DNA of 64,000 bases from Octopus sinensis. Lineage: Eukaryota. The stretch is from positions 168,640,001-168,704,000 of the forward strand of contig NC_042997.1 of assembly GCF_006345805.1 (NCBI RefSeq), in the 5' to 3' direction. Below the pieces are notes generated by a model, which saw only the letters and a program-made list of their open reading frames with translations, did not search any database and was not told the origin of the DNA. The position numbers were made by a program, and so were the translations under genes. Shown here one piece after another: positions 39,351-50,864 of this stretch (position 1 is its first letter; each line of letters starts with the position of its first letter).

Positions 39351-39559
39351 ACCTATATGTTGGGTATTTTTCAAATGAATTTATAGTAAACTCAGCCCAT
39401 TTTTATTCCTGCTTCATATTTCTCAATAAAGTTTTGGTATTAGAGACAAGCATACAATCTTACCTAACTCCTTTGTTAATTATAAATTCTCAAGTTATGT
39501 TCCCGTTTAGTTCTTATCTCTACTGTTCACTCCATTACATTTTTGCTATTTGACGGTGT

Positions 39560-40160
39560 TCATCCCGAATTCTGATAGAAAGCCGATCGTCTTTGTAGAT
39601 TTTATTTCGTCAAATTCTTTCGTATAAGTCTATTAAACATGACGCTTACACCCTGATATATGTCAAGATGTCTTTCTTAGGTTACAAATTCATTTACCGA
39701 GAATTTTTACCTAAAATATTTCTGGTCTAAATCCACTTTGTAGTTGATTTATTTCTTCGTTAATTCTCGCAGTTGCATGACTTTATTTATAGTAGTTTAG
39801 TTACTTAACACATGAAGATCTAAACTGTGTACTCTTGAGATTTCGATTTGTTTGGCAATAGAACAAAGACTAGTTGTTTCATCTCGGCATTTGTGTTGTG
39901 TGTCGACTCTGTTAATAATATAACGTTGTTATTAGATCCGGATTGCGGTTATCTAATGCGTTTAATTAAGTTGCTGGTATTTCATCTACTCCAGTTATAT
40001 TTCCATCCTTCATTAACATTATTGTCTTTTTTACTTCTTTTGAGATTTTGCTTCCCTTAGCAGCTTCGAAGTCGGGTATAGACGATTTGTTCTTATCATT
40101 ATTAAGTTCTTTTATACATTCAACCCATTTAAACGCAATCTGCTTGTAGTCAAGAAGTGT
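39560..40160 (-). mobile_element. RTE-clade LINE, RT N-terminal fragment
   Basis: NGNTLLDYKQIAFKWVECIKEL...EVKKTIMLMKDGNITGVDEIPA...VTKLL...QSGFRP...SCLID. Confidence 0.75.
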
Positions 40161-40231
40161 GTTTCCATTTTTATTCGCTGTTTCTAACTCATATAATTTA
40201 TCATACATTTCTGTGGGTTGTTATATTTTTC

Positions 40232-40312
<81 letters not shown>

Positions 40313-40449
40313 GCACGCACGCACGCACGCGCGCGCACACACACATGGTGTCCCGGACATTTTGTCGCCGGATTTACCGTTTTTTTTTTTATCATCCTTT
40401 GCGGTTTTTCGTAAAGGAACATTATTTCCCTGTTAAAATAAAATTCAGT

Positions 40450-40790
40450 TATTTAAAAGAAAAATGGCTTACTTCATAAACTTACGAATCTGATTAACAG
40501 CATAAATCATAATCATAATTCACAGTGGAACTCAACCAGGAGGGACTGCAGTTTTAGACAGTTTAATTGTGAAAACATGATAGAAACGGATATTTACTAT
40601 AAACCTAATGATTTAAAGAAGTATCCTTTTGTCTTCACTTCCTTTCATCCTGCACATACAAGGGCGAACACAGCATTCAATGTATCAAAAATAATTTGCA
40701 CTATAGTATTGATTCTTACGAAATACAATCAAAGACACGAAGGACGGAGTAACATACGTGTCTAAAGAGCTGTTTCACTCAGTCTAATCA
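40450..40790 (+). mobile_element. Penelope-like element, RT thumb fragment
   Basis: FTVE...IETDIYYKPNDLKKY..FTSFHPAHTRANTAFNVSKIICTIV matches the PLE TD.YYKP...Y....S.HP.H...NI motif. Confidence 0.7.
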
Positions 40791-40983
40791 CAAGTAGATA
40801 GAAAGGGCAAAATGAATAGATATTCAAGATCTAGCGAGAGTAAGAAGTAAAACCAAGAAAAGTTTCGTCGTATGTATCGATATTTAAACCCTAGAACTGC
40901 TGGAATATTTTATCACATTTATACAACTTAGCTCTTGAAAAATGAAAAGAAGTTCCAGAAAACTAATAAATCATCAAAATCAA

Positions 40984-40984
<1 letters not shown>

Positions 40985-41065
<81 letters not shown>
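40985..41065. repeat. (GATA)n microsatellite
   Basis: Direct reading. Confidence 0.95.
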
Positions 41066-43109
41066 TTACTACAGCAAAAGTTTATAAACAGGTTAAGAAT
41101 CCTATTATTACAAAGTACGTATGACGAAATTTTGTGACTTGCTTATATTTGAATGAAGGATCAGAGTTCACGTTTATGGATGGTTAAATAATATTTAATC
41201 TATGTAATAACATGTAGTGATTGTCTGCGAAACTACATCGGACAGACCGGAATGTCACTGTGCAAAGGATGATAATGCTGCACCCACAATTTAGTCATGA
41301 AAACACACGACAAATTGCATAAAGAAAGCATAGAGCAATATGTACAAGAATAAACTTATCTCATTTTGAAATATTCCCAATGTATAACAACTCAGATTAA
41401 ACCAGTCAACAAAAAGAAACCAATTTATTAAGAAATATATACCGCACTTAGACATTTAATTATCAATTGTTGTTACTGATATTTTAACTGGAAGCACAAA
41501 CGATTTACCACTTTATACATCTCGTATAACGGATGTATTTTCATGGCAAAATTCCGAAATTTCTGGCCTTGTGCCAAAATTTGAAACCAGTATTATGAAA
41601 ATACGAATGGCAGCAAGCTGGCAAAATTGTTGGATCTAGTGGGTTTGGCTGTCAGCATCAACTCTGTTCGAATTGATTTCATATTCAGTGTAATGATACA
41701 CTTTTATTGGCTAATGAATGACGTGAAAATCATTTTCGCTATAAATCAATAAATAAAGAGTTATTAGCAATTAAAGTTTGAAAATTTTAGTAATTTTAGC
41801 CAATCGTAAGCCGCGGACACATTCATGCCTGTTTCCATAGTAACAAGCATAACATGAGAACTCTTTAGTCTGCGAGAAAGCACGTGTTGACAAATACATT
41901 GAAACCACTTGTTTTACCTATCTGATGACAATTGAGCATGTGAATTTATGTAGCACAGTAGATATAAGAATTGTGATTTGTTCGAGAAATTGAATGCATT
42001 TTTAACTTTCGTTTTCAATGAACTGATCAACAAAATGTTTGCTTTTTAAAAATTTAATTTGTAAGGTGCTATTTTGTTTTTAGATAAATCTTGTAAGTTC
42101 GTGCTATCGCGCTAAATGCATATTGAAAGCTTAAAGCTACAAAAGACGTGTTGCTTACTCTTCCTTTTTATCTGTTTTGTTAACCCGAAAGATAATACCC
42201 ACACTCAACAAGTAGAGAGTATGTGGGCCTCTGTGAAGCAAGGTAATAAACGACGCTGAGGCACTCACCGTTCTATGGTAGATTCATATCTCTGAATTTA
42301 TGAAGCGCAGGAGATAAGAAAATTGTTATTTGCTTGAGAAATTGATTGAATATATTTCTAACTTTCGTTTTTAATTTTTAAAATATTTTAAATGTTGTTT
42401 ATTGCATGCTTAATGTTTTTTAAGCATATTTTGTTCAGTCTTTTATTTTCATATATAACATATAAACATGTACATTTTTTTAGATCATTGTCATTTTATA
42501 AGATTTTGCTGGCAAATTTTTTAATCAACATAAACATGTATTTACATGAAAGAAAATTACCAGAGAATTTTCATCTAATTCGTCCAAATCTTTCTGTTAA
42601 AACTGTATTGCAACCATTTGTGGGGAAAAAATGTAATGTGTTTATCGCATGTAACGTGTTGTTCATCGCATTTACCTTAAATGCATATTGAATACTTAAA
42701 ACTACTTGTTTACTCGTTTCTTTTGTCATTGAGGTGGTTGTGAGGTGTGCTAAAAATAATAGCTAAGTAACGTTTTTGGATAAATCTTCCAAGTTCGTGC
42801 TATCACATTAAATGCGTATTGAATGCTTCAAACTACAAAACACGTGCTGTTTAAAAATATTGACAACACGTGCTATTTTCAGAATGTTGACGACAAAATA
42901 TGCAGTCAAGCACAAAATGACAGCTTTCAAATCCTGTTTCCTGACTGGGTGAAAAGGATCAAACTTTAAACCTCTATAACGTTTTAAAATATTTTTCTGG
43001 AAAAAGTGAAATAAATCAAGCAATCTGAGCTTGGAAAAGTATATTATTGTGCCAAATTTTAAAGTTCTTCGATAAACTTCAATCTTTGAAATGCTGGCAG
43101 CCAAACCAA

Positions 43110-43320
43110 CTAGGTCCCAATCGTAAGCATGCCGAACATAATGCTTAGCGGCATTTCGTCCCTCTTTACGTTCCGAGTTCAAAGTCCATCGAAGTCGACT
43201 TTGCCTTTCACCCTTTCCGGGTCCATAAAGTAAGTACTAGTTGAGTACTGGGTTCAATATAATCGACTAGAACCCTCACCGAAATTTCTGTCCTTGTGCC
43301 AAAATTTGAAATTTGCAAAT
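43110..43320 (+). mobile_element. SINE family A, diverged
   Basis: gagttcaaagtccatcgaagtcgactttgcctttcaccctttccgggtcc. Confidence 0.7.
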
Positions 43321-43943
43321 AGTAACGGTTATATACCGAAATATAAAAAAAAGTGAATTACTCATTGTGCATGTATATTCACCATGAATATCTCAGTAAG
43401 AGCTGAAACCAGTTTGGAGAGAAATGTGATGAACTAAATGTGGAAATGTTTGTGTTTCACATTTTTAATTATATCTATACATTTTTATCTTCATGTGTGT
43501 GTGCATGTGAGTGCGCGCGCATATTGTGTCTCACACACACACACACACACACGGAAAAAGAGTCAGTGTCATATTGTGTCATCTTTTTCTTTGACAATGT
43601 TCTCAAAATTTTGTTCAATTGTTCGAAAATAACCAATTTCTCAAAACTGGGTTTGGGAGGTCTGTCCTGCTGGTGGTATGAACGGCAGGGCAGTAGATTA
43701 GTACTATTCTGGAATCACTGAACCATGATGGTTAAAGGAATGACAATGGCCGAAATGTTTAAAGAATGTAGTATTGAGTGGGGTGAAGGTTGTGATGAAA
43801 AAGTGGAATAGAAAAAAGGGAAGAGGAAACATGCATTAAGAAGCTCAACTCACCTCTGGTGTTAGCCAGTTTATATTAATGCTAAAAGGACTTTGTAACC
43901 ACCCTGTATATGTGCATTCATATAATATATATATATATATATA

Positions 43944-43992
<49 letters not shown>

Positions 43993-44087
43993 AATCCAAA
44001 CGGGAAAACAGAAAAAACAACAACACGTGGAACAATTACAGTATTATTATTAATAGGCGCTCAGGAAAGATGGAAGCAGGAAGGTAT

Positions 44088-44114
44088 GACGTTTCGAGCG
44101 GAGCTCTTCGTCGG
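44088..44114 (-). other. Minimal hammerhead-ribozyme-like motif (degenerate)
   Basis: Minus strand reads CCGACGA A GAGC TCC GCTC GAAAC GTC: core with U4C, 4-bp stem II and GUC triplet. Stem I is poor. Confidence 0.4.
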
Positions 44115-44279
44115 AAACATAAAGAAGGAAGAGAGAGGAAAGAAAGTTCCCAAAGTGGGCAACAAGAGGGAGAAAAAAAAAACGACTGGTGTTTACGAAG
44201 TACACATGGTGAAAGGCGGAAGTTTACGATAACAAGAGCAAAGTAGGTTTTTAAAGCCAAAAGAGTGGAGACAGGGTTG

Positions 44280-45258
44280 GTAACGCAACAGATGTGTGTG
44301 TATGTGTGAGTGTGTGCGTGTGCGTGTGTGTATGTGTGTGTGAGGCGAGATAAAAAACAAAAAATATATGTATATGTTAGTGTGTGCGTCTGTGTGTAGG
44401 CGTGTGAGGTAGGGCGAACAGTAGTAGGCAGCAGACAGTGGTCAGTAGTAAGAAAATGAAGGAAGGAGGAAGGGAGGGAGGGGAAGGGGTGGGGGCGTAT
44501 GTAACGTGCCAGCGTGTGTGTGTGTCCAGTGTCGTAGTTGTATTAATGGCAGTAGATTTGAAGTGTGTGTAAGAGTAATGTATATATTTAAGCAATGTGT
44601 GTGTGTGAGTGGGTGTATGTATGTGTGCGCGTGTGTGTAACAAAAAAAGGGGGGGTTATAAGGAAAAAGGAGTCCAGCTGAGGGGAAGATGGAAGAGTGG
44701 TCCCGCGGAGACGGGCGTGGGAGAACCCAACGACAGGCGACGGCCCCAGGAACGAGCGGGAGGTCTCGTCGGGTCCAAGAGCGAGGTGCATGCATGCGCG
44801 TATGCGTGCGCGAACCGGCGCAAGCGCGTGTGTGCGCGCGCCTGCGTGTGTGCGCGCGCCTGCGTGTGTGCGCGCGCCTGCGAGTGTGTGTGTAAGTATG
44901 CATGTGTGTGGATGTGTGAGTGTGTTTGTGTGTATGTCTGGGTGTCAGTGTGTCCGATGAATGTATGTAAGTATGTGTGTATATATGTGTGTGCATAGAT
45001 GTATGTCCGTGTGTGTGTGTGTGTATGTGTATGAGTGTGTATGTATGTACGTGTGGGTGTGTGGAAGTGTGTGTATGTGCATGTGTGTGCGCGTACATAC
45101 AGGTGTGTGAGTGAGTGTGTGTGTGTGTATGTATGTGTGAGTGTGTATGTATGTGTGTGTAGGATGCATGTATGTGTATAGGTGTATGTATGTGTGTGTG
45201 TATGTATGTATGTGTACGTGATATATATAATATATATATATATATCTATATCCATATA

Positions 45259-45330
<72 letters not shown>

Positions 45331-45700
45331 TATATAATGCATGTATGTATGTATATATTCATACATATGCATACGTATTCATATACATATATGCATACGT
45401 ATTCATATACATATATGCATAAAAGTATGCATGTATGTGTAAATATGTAAGTGTATATATATCGCGAGTAAATATATGTATATGTATATACATATGCACA
45501 TAATATTCTATGTATATATATATACATATACATGTATGCACGCACATACACACAACACACACACATATATATACATACACACATGTATATGTATCCACAC
45601 ACGTACACGCCCTCATACACACACACACATTCACACATACATACATACATACATACATACATACATACATACATACATACATACATACATACACAGAGGC
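44280..45700. repeat. Long compound microsatellite field with a CpG-rich insert and an 18-bp x3 minisatellite (gcgtgtgtgcgcgcgcct, ~44826-44882)
   Basis: Direct reading. Confidence 0.9.
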
Positions 45701-46346
45701 AGAGTCATAAATACTTCAAAGCTACTTTAACAAGCCCAAAAAAGAACCAGCAGATGTCAATAAAAATAAACACTGGTTCGAACAGAGAATAAAAGACTAA
45801 CTCGGGAGAGATATCGAAGAGTAATTAAACATATTGCTTCTTAGTCGATAGCTTTTGGTTTTTGTAGTTTAGCAACTAAAACAACAAGGGGGTTATAGAG
45901 ATCAAAGCGATAATGATTTTAGTGCGGACCATATAAGCGATAAGATCCAAATATATTCCGATGGATCATGTGAGTATTTCTGTTGGTTTTGTTATGGTTT
46001 CATAAAATTGAAGCATCATAAAAAAAAAAACGGATAAAAAATAAGGGATTTATTGATAATCCTATTAATTCCAGGATGTCTTGGATAAAATGCACTGGCT
46101 TTTGGTATCTTTAGCTGCTTTCACTAGAACTTTTTTATCTTTTATCTTTTACTGGTTTAAGGCATTGGATCGTGGTCATACTGGAGCACCGCAAGAAAGA
46201 TTTTCGTCGAACAAATCTATTCCAGTACTAGAACGACCACATAGAGACTCCCCTCGTTGTTTTCACTGGTAAGATTTGTAGGATTTTTGTTATCCATCTC
46301 TGTGTGATATCTGCACTTGTAGGGTGCTTCACACATTTCCCTACAA

Positions 46347-46747
46347 TGTTATAGAAAGGAATAAAACGGCAGGAACACGAATAGCTGAACAAATAACAAT
46401 AATACTTTATTATTATTATTACAGAAGGAGATACTTCATCGCTGGTCATCGGTAGCATGAACGCCAGGGTTAGGGGGGCAGCAGAGTCGGATTAAATCAC
46501 CATGGTTAAAACGGTCTTCGCCGCCCGCAGAGTCTGGTTCGCCCCTTCGCACGGAGCCTTGTCGGGACACGTTTTAATCCATCGACCGCCAAGAGCCAAG
46601 AGGCTTGGAATAGCGGGAAAGGTTAACTGCTCCTGATTATTGCGCATGCGCAGGAGGGGACTTCCGGCGGCCTACCGGAAGACACCAAACATTGCACATG
46701 CGCAGATGGACATCCCAAAATGGCGTCTAAAAGCTGGCGTCACTACA
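46347..46747 (-). mobile_element. Solo-LTR-like element with an NRF1/ETS/YY1-like motif cassette
   Basis: Minus strand starts TGTAGTGACGCC and ends TATAACA, with an AATAAA near 46406. Homologous to 53304-53735. No clear TSD. Confidence 0.5.
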
Positions 46748-47057
46748 GCTTTATCAAGAAATGGTGCATTTCACCTGGTTTCTAAGACTGTCTTGGCCGT
46801 GGAAACAGCAATGTACAAGTATATGGAGACAAACTACCAATCATTCAATTTGCAGTAGTCCCTATTGACACCCTATTAATGATTCCTCGACTGGCGAAAT
46901 TTACATATTTTTGGAGAAGAGTCCTGTAGAGGGCTCTTTGCTTTCTCTGTCGCTATTTGGCATCTGTATTAGTAAAGTTTACCTGAAATTGCAAATAAAC
47001 CTTCATCCTTCAAAATACGTAAAGAAGTTACAACCAAGCACCGCAAAAAGCTGAAGT

Positions 47058-47839
47058 TGTAGCGGCGCAAACAGTCAGCACCATATCAGATGAGATCTTG
47101 CGGCAGCCATTGCCATCTCCGAGGCTGGAGCGAGACCTCACCTGCATCCATTTGCCATGCGCGAGATCACAATGAGGCTCGCGATGGAAACTATATAAAG
47201 GGAAAACCCTCGTCAAATCTCTCTTTTTGGCGCCACCTCACAGCAGCGCTGGCTGAACACACCACTGGCTGGAGGCAATTTGCACCCGCACTATCGGAGC
47301 TTAAGATGGGAGTTGAGAGCTGCACACTACACCTATCCTGTAAATCCTGTAAATAAATCAGTTGTAAATAGGGATCTTTTCGGTTTGAACGGCAGTTTTT
47401 TCTAGCAGTGGCATATGAAATTGTCACCCATAGTTATGACCCTAGAATCGATCTATTGCATTTCAATCGCTTTTAGGGTTAGGGGTGGGGGAAGGGTATC
47501 TTTTTTTCTTCACAAATGTAAATAAACCCAATCTGGTTCTTAAACGAGGGACATATTCATACGGCACAGAATGCTTTTTAACTCAGTAGACGTCACTGAT
47601 TGGTTGAAATTGCAGAAAGTGAAGAAAAAAAAACACAAATATCTTACAAACTATAGAATTTTCTCAATAAAGCTAAGAGAAAAAGATGTTTTATAAACAC
47701 ATTCTACCAGTATACGAAGTTTAAAATTTTTTAGTTACCTAGAAATTATGTTAAAAACTGCCGTTCGAACCGAAAAGATCTGTAAATAGCGTTTGTACTT
47801 GAAGTCTTCTCTCTTCGCTTGTCGAAAGCCTGAACTACA
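47058..47839 (+). mobile_element. Solo-LTR-like element interrupted by a MITE
   Basis: TGTAG...CTACA termini, CTATATAAAGGG at ~47191 and AATAAA at ~47352. TSD imperfect. Confidence 0.55.
47372..47781. mobile_element. MITE with 8-bp TSD (Merlin-like), copy 2
   Basis: Co-linear with 26734-27171. Exact TSD gtaaatag (47364-47371, 47782-47789). Confidence 0.9.
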
Positions 47840-48007
47840 CAAAGAACAAAAAGATGATGGAAGGAGACGATGTTCTCCTGATATCTTAAACCTTGCCTTC
47901 CATCATTAAAAAGTTTTCTAAATTATACTAGAATAGTATAAATGATAGAACAGTGTGAAATAGATAACAAAATATTTAAACTAATATATATACACACATA
48001 TATACAG

Positions 48008-48115
<108 letters not shown>

Positions 48116-48124
48116 TATACAATG

Positions 48125-48278
48125 AGCTTCTTCCAATTTCCGTCTACCAAATTCATTCACAAGGTTTTATTCGGCCAGAGGTTATAGTATATGACACTTG
48201 CTCAATGTGCTACGCAGTGCGACTGAACCTGGAGCCATGTGGTCAAGAAGCATGATTCTTACCACACAATCATTCCAC
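48125..48278 (-). mobile_element. SINE family B head, diverged
   Basis: tttccgtctaccaaattc...gactgaacctggagccatgtgg. Confidence 0.65.
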
Positions 48279-48284
48279 GGCACT

Positions 48285-49165
48285 TCGCCGAACTGTATGG
48301 CAGGCGCGGCGGTGGATTTCACCTCCTATCTCAATACATGCCGTGCCTCTCAGCCAGAGATGCGGAGTTCTGCGTAATGCCGACAACAGTTGAATATATA
48401 CCGGACGCGATAACGGGCTGCGCAAGAGAGAAGTATCCGGGACTAGATGGTCTTCCTTTCGAGCTATATTTTCATATACCAGACTTGTTCGGCGATCTCT
48501 TGGCAGATGTCTACCACAACTGGCAGCAGAACAGGAGAATACCCAGTGTTGTGAGTCGTGGAGTAGTGGTACTGTTGAGGAAGGCCCAAACAAGGAGGGC
48601 AAAATTGAGAATTTTATGCCTATAACTCTGCTGAATGCAGATTATAAGATTTTGGTCAATGTGTTAGCCAAGAGGTTGGCGCTTGTCGTCGATATGTTGG
48701 CTGGTGGCGCGTAAACATGCGCTATCCCAAACAGATCTATCCACAACAACCTCCACCTCACACGCTACATCATAGAGAGGGTAGGTAAGGAACCGGGCAT
48801 GGGAGGGGCCCTGATCAATTTGGATCAATCCCATGCTTTTGATAGGGTCGACCACCAATACTTGGAAGCTTGTCGCGCAGCTGCGGGGTTCGGTCCCGTT
48901 TTCAGAGGCTGGATCGCTGCAATGTACAGTGACATCTTTTCGGTGGTCAAAGTAAATGGCCACCTATCGGAATCGTTTGGCATTCGTTCGGTCCGTCAAG
49001 TATGCCCACTCTCACCTCTTTTGTACGTACTGGCTCTCGAGCCTTTGCTACAGAAGCTGAATTTTCGAGGGGCATCCTGCGTGATCTAAGACGTGGAAAG
49101 TTCGTATCGGCTTACATGGGCGACGTTACCGTAATAGTGTCGGACATCTCGAAAATCGAGATGTG
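48285..49165 (+). mobile_element. L1/Tx1-clade LINE, RT fragment
   Basis: KYPGLDGLPFELY...GVVVLLRK...PITLLNADYKIL..VLAKRL...RSIHNNL...LDQSHAFDRVDHQYL...VRQVCPLSPLLYVLALEPLL...AYMGDVTV, with frameshifts and a stop. Confidence 0.9.
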
Positions 49166-49219
49166 ACAGAAAGCGTAGACAGGGGCAATGAAATCATAAT
49201 CATTATAATCATCATTATT

Positions 49220-49430
49220 AAGGCGGTGGTTCACAGAATCATTAGCACCGCAGAAAAAAATGCTTTGCAGGCATTTCGCTCGTCTTTACATTTGGAGTTC
49301 AAATTCTGCCAAACTTGACTTTGCCTTTCATCCTTTCGGGGGTCGATAAAATAAATACTAGCTGAGCACTGGGGTCGGTGAAATCGACTTCCCCTCCCCT
49401 CAAAAACTGCTAGCCCTGTGCCAAAAATAT
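49220..49430 (+). mobile_element. SINE family A
   Basis: Head-to-tail match. Confidence 0.75.
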
Positions 49431-49496
49431 ATTATTATTGTTGTTGTTGCTGGTTTAGTCACAAGGAAGTGATAGTTTCACAACTCATGAGATTCT

Positions 49497-49890
49497 TTTC
49501 TACTCTAGGCACAAGGCCCGAAATTTTGGGGAAGGGGCCCAGTCGATTAGATCGACTCCAGTACGCAACTGGTACTTAATTTATCTGTCGCTACGTTCTG
49601 AGTTCAAATTCCGCCGAGGTCGACTTTGCCTTTCATCCTTTCGGGGTCGATTAAATAAGTACCAGTTACGCACTGGGATCGATATAATCGACTTAATCCG
49701 TTTGTCTGTCCTTGTTTGTCCCCTCTGTGTTTAGCCCCTTGTGGGTAGTAAAGAAATAGGTACTTAATTTATTGACCCCGAAAGGATGAAAGGCAAAGTC
49801 GACCTCTGTGGAATTTGAACTCAGAACGTAAAGACAGACGAAATACTGCTATGCATTTCGTCCGGCGTGTTAACGTTTCTGCCAGCTCGA
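49497..49890 (-). mobile_element. SINE family A host with a nested 5-prime-truncated antisense copy (49585-49758)
   Basis: ggtacttaatttat is duplicated at 49571-49584 and 49759-49772. Confidence 0.85.
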
Positions 49891-50307
49891 TTGATACAGT
49901 ATATATTCAACCGAAGCATGTATAAATTGGCGCCCACGGGAATAAGCATGAGACAAATTTTAGAAGGGTGGTTTTTCGGAAGGAAAGGATTGGATAATGT
50001 GGTTTTGTAGGATCTAGGCAATGACGAGTAGTTAAAGACAGTGTGTCGAATAGGCTTGAGTGAAATTGGATTGAAATAAGTAGTAGTAATTCAATTGAAT
50101 CAGAGAAACACAAGTTGCTATAGTATCAATGTATAGGCAAATAACAGAGACAACATGTCTACGGGTTAGAATGTTGGCAGTGGAAACCAGCAGTTTTAGT
50201 CTAAACAGAAATTTCTACAAATTGCTTAGAGATTTCAAAACAGATAATGAAAATCTTGTGCAAGTCATTACTCCTACTCCAAAGGAAAAAATATTTGTTA
50301 GAATTAC

Positions 50308-50396
<89 letters not shown>

Positions 50397-50435
50397 TACA
50401 CACGCACATATGCATACATACATATATATACACAT

Positions 50436-50745
50436 GTGGAAGCGCAATAGCCCAGTGGTTAGGGCAGCAGACTCGCGGTCGTAGGATCGCGGTTTCGATT
50501 CCCAGACAGGGCGTTCTGAGTGTTTATTGAGCGAAAACACCTAAAAAGCTCCACGAGGCTCCGGCAGGGGGTGGTGGCGATCCCTGCTGTACGCTTTCGC
50601 CACAACTTTCTTTCACTGTTTCTTCTGTTGGCCTGCACGCTTAGCCAGCGGGGTGGCGTCATTTGAAGACTAAAACAATGCGAAGCGCATTGTGACCAGC
50701 TATGTGTAACAACATCTAATAGCCTGGTCGATCACGGTAATCACA
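50436..50745 (+). mobile_element. SINE family C, tail type 3
   Basis: Family C head, then gccagcggggtggcgtcatttgaag...gaccagctatgtgtaacaacatc. Confidence 0.8.
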
Positions 50746-50864
50746 TATATATACACATATACATATATATACAGACATATACATACATATATGTGTGTGT
50801 GTGTGTATATTTATGTATGTGTGTATGTATGTATACACATCATCCGCAGACGAACAACATCCAC

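Noticed and set aside
46318-46345. TGTAGGG...CCCTACA mini-palindrome as an element end
   Set aside because: Only 7-bp arms with no matching TSD; could be chance.
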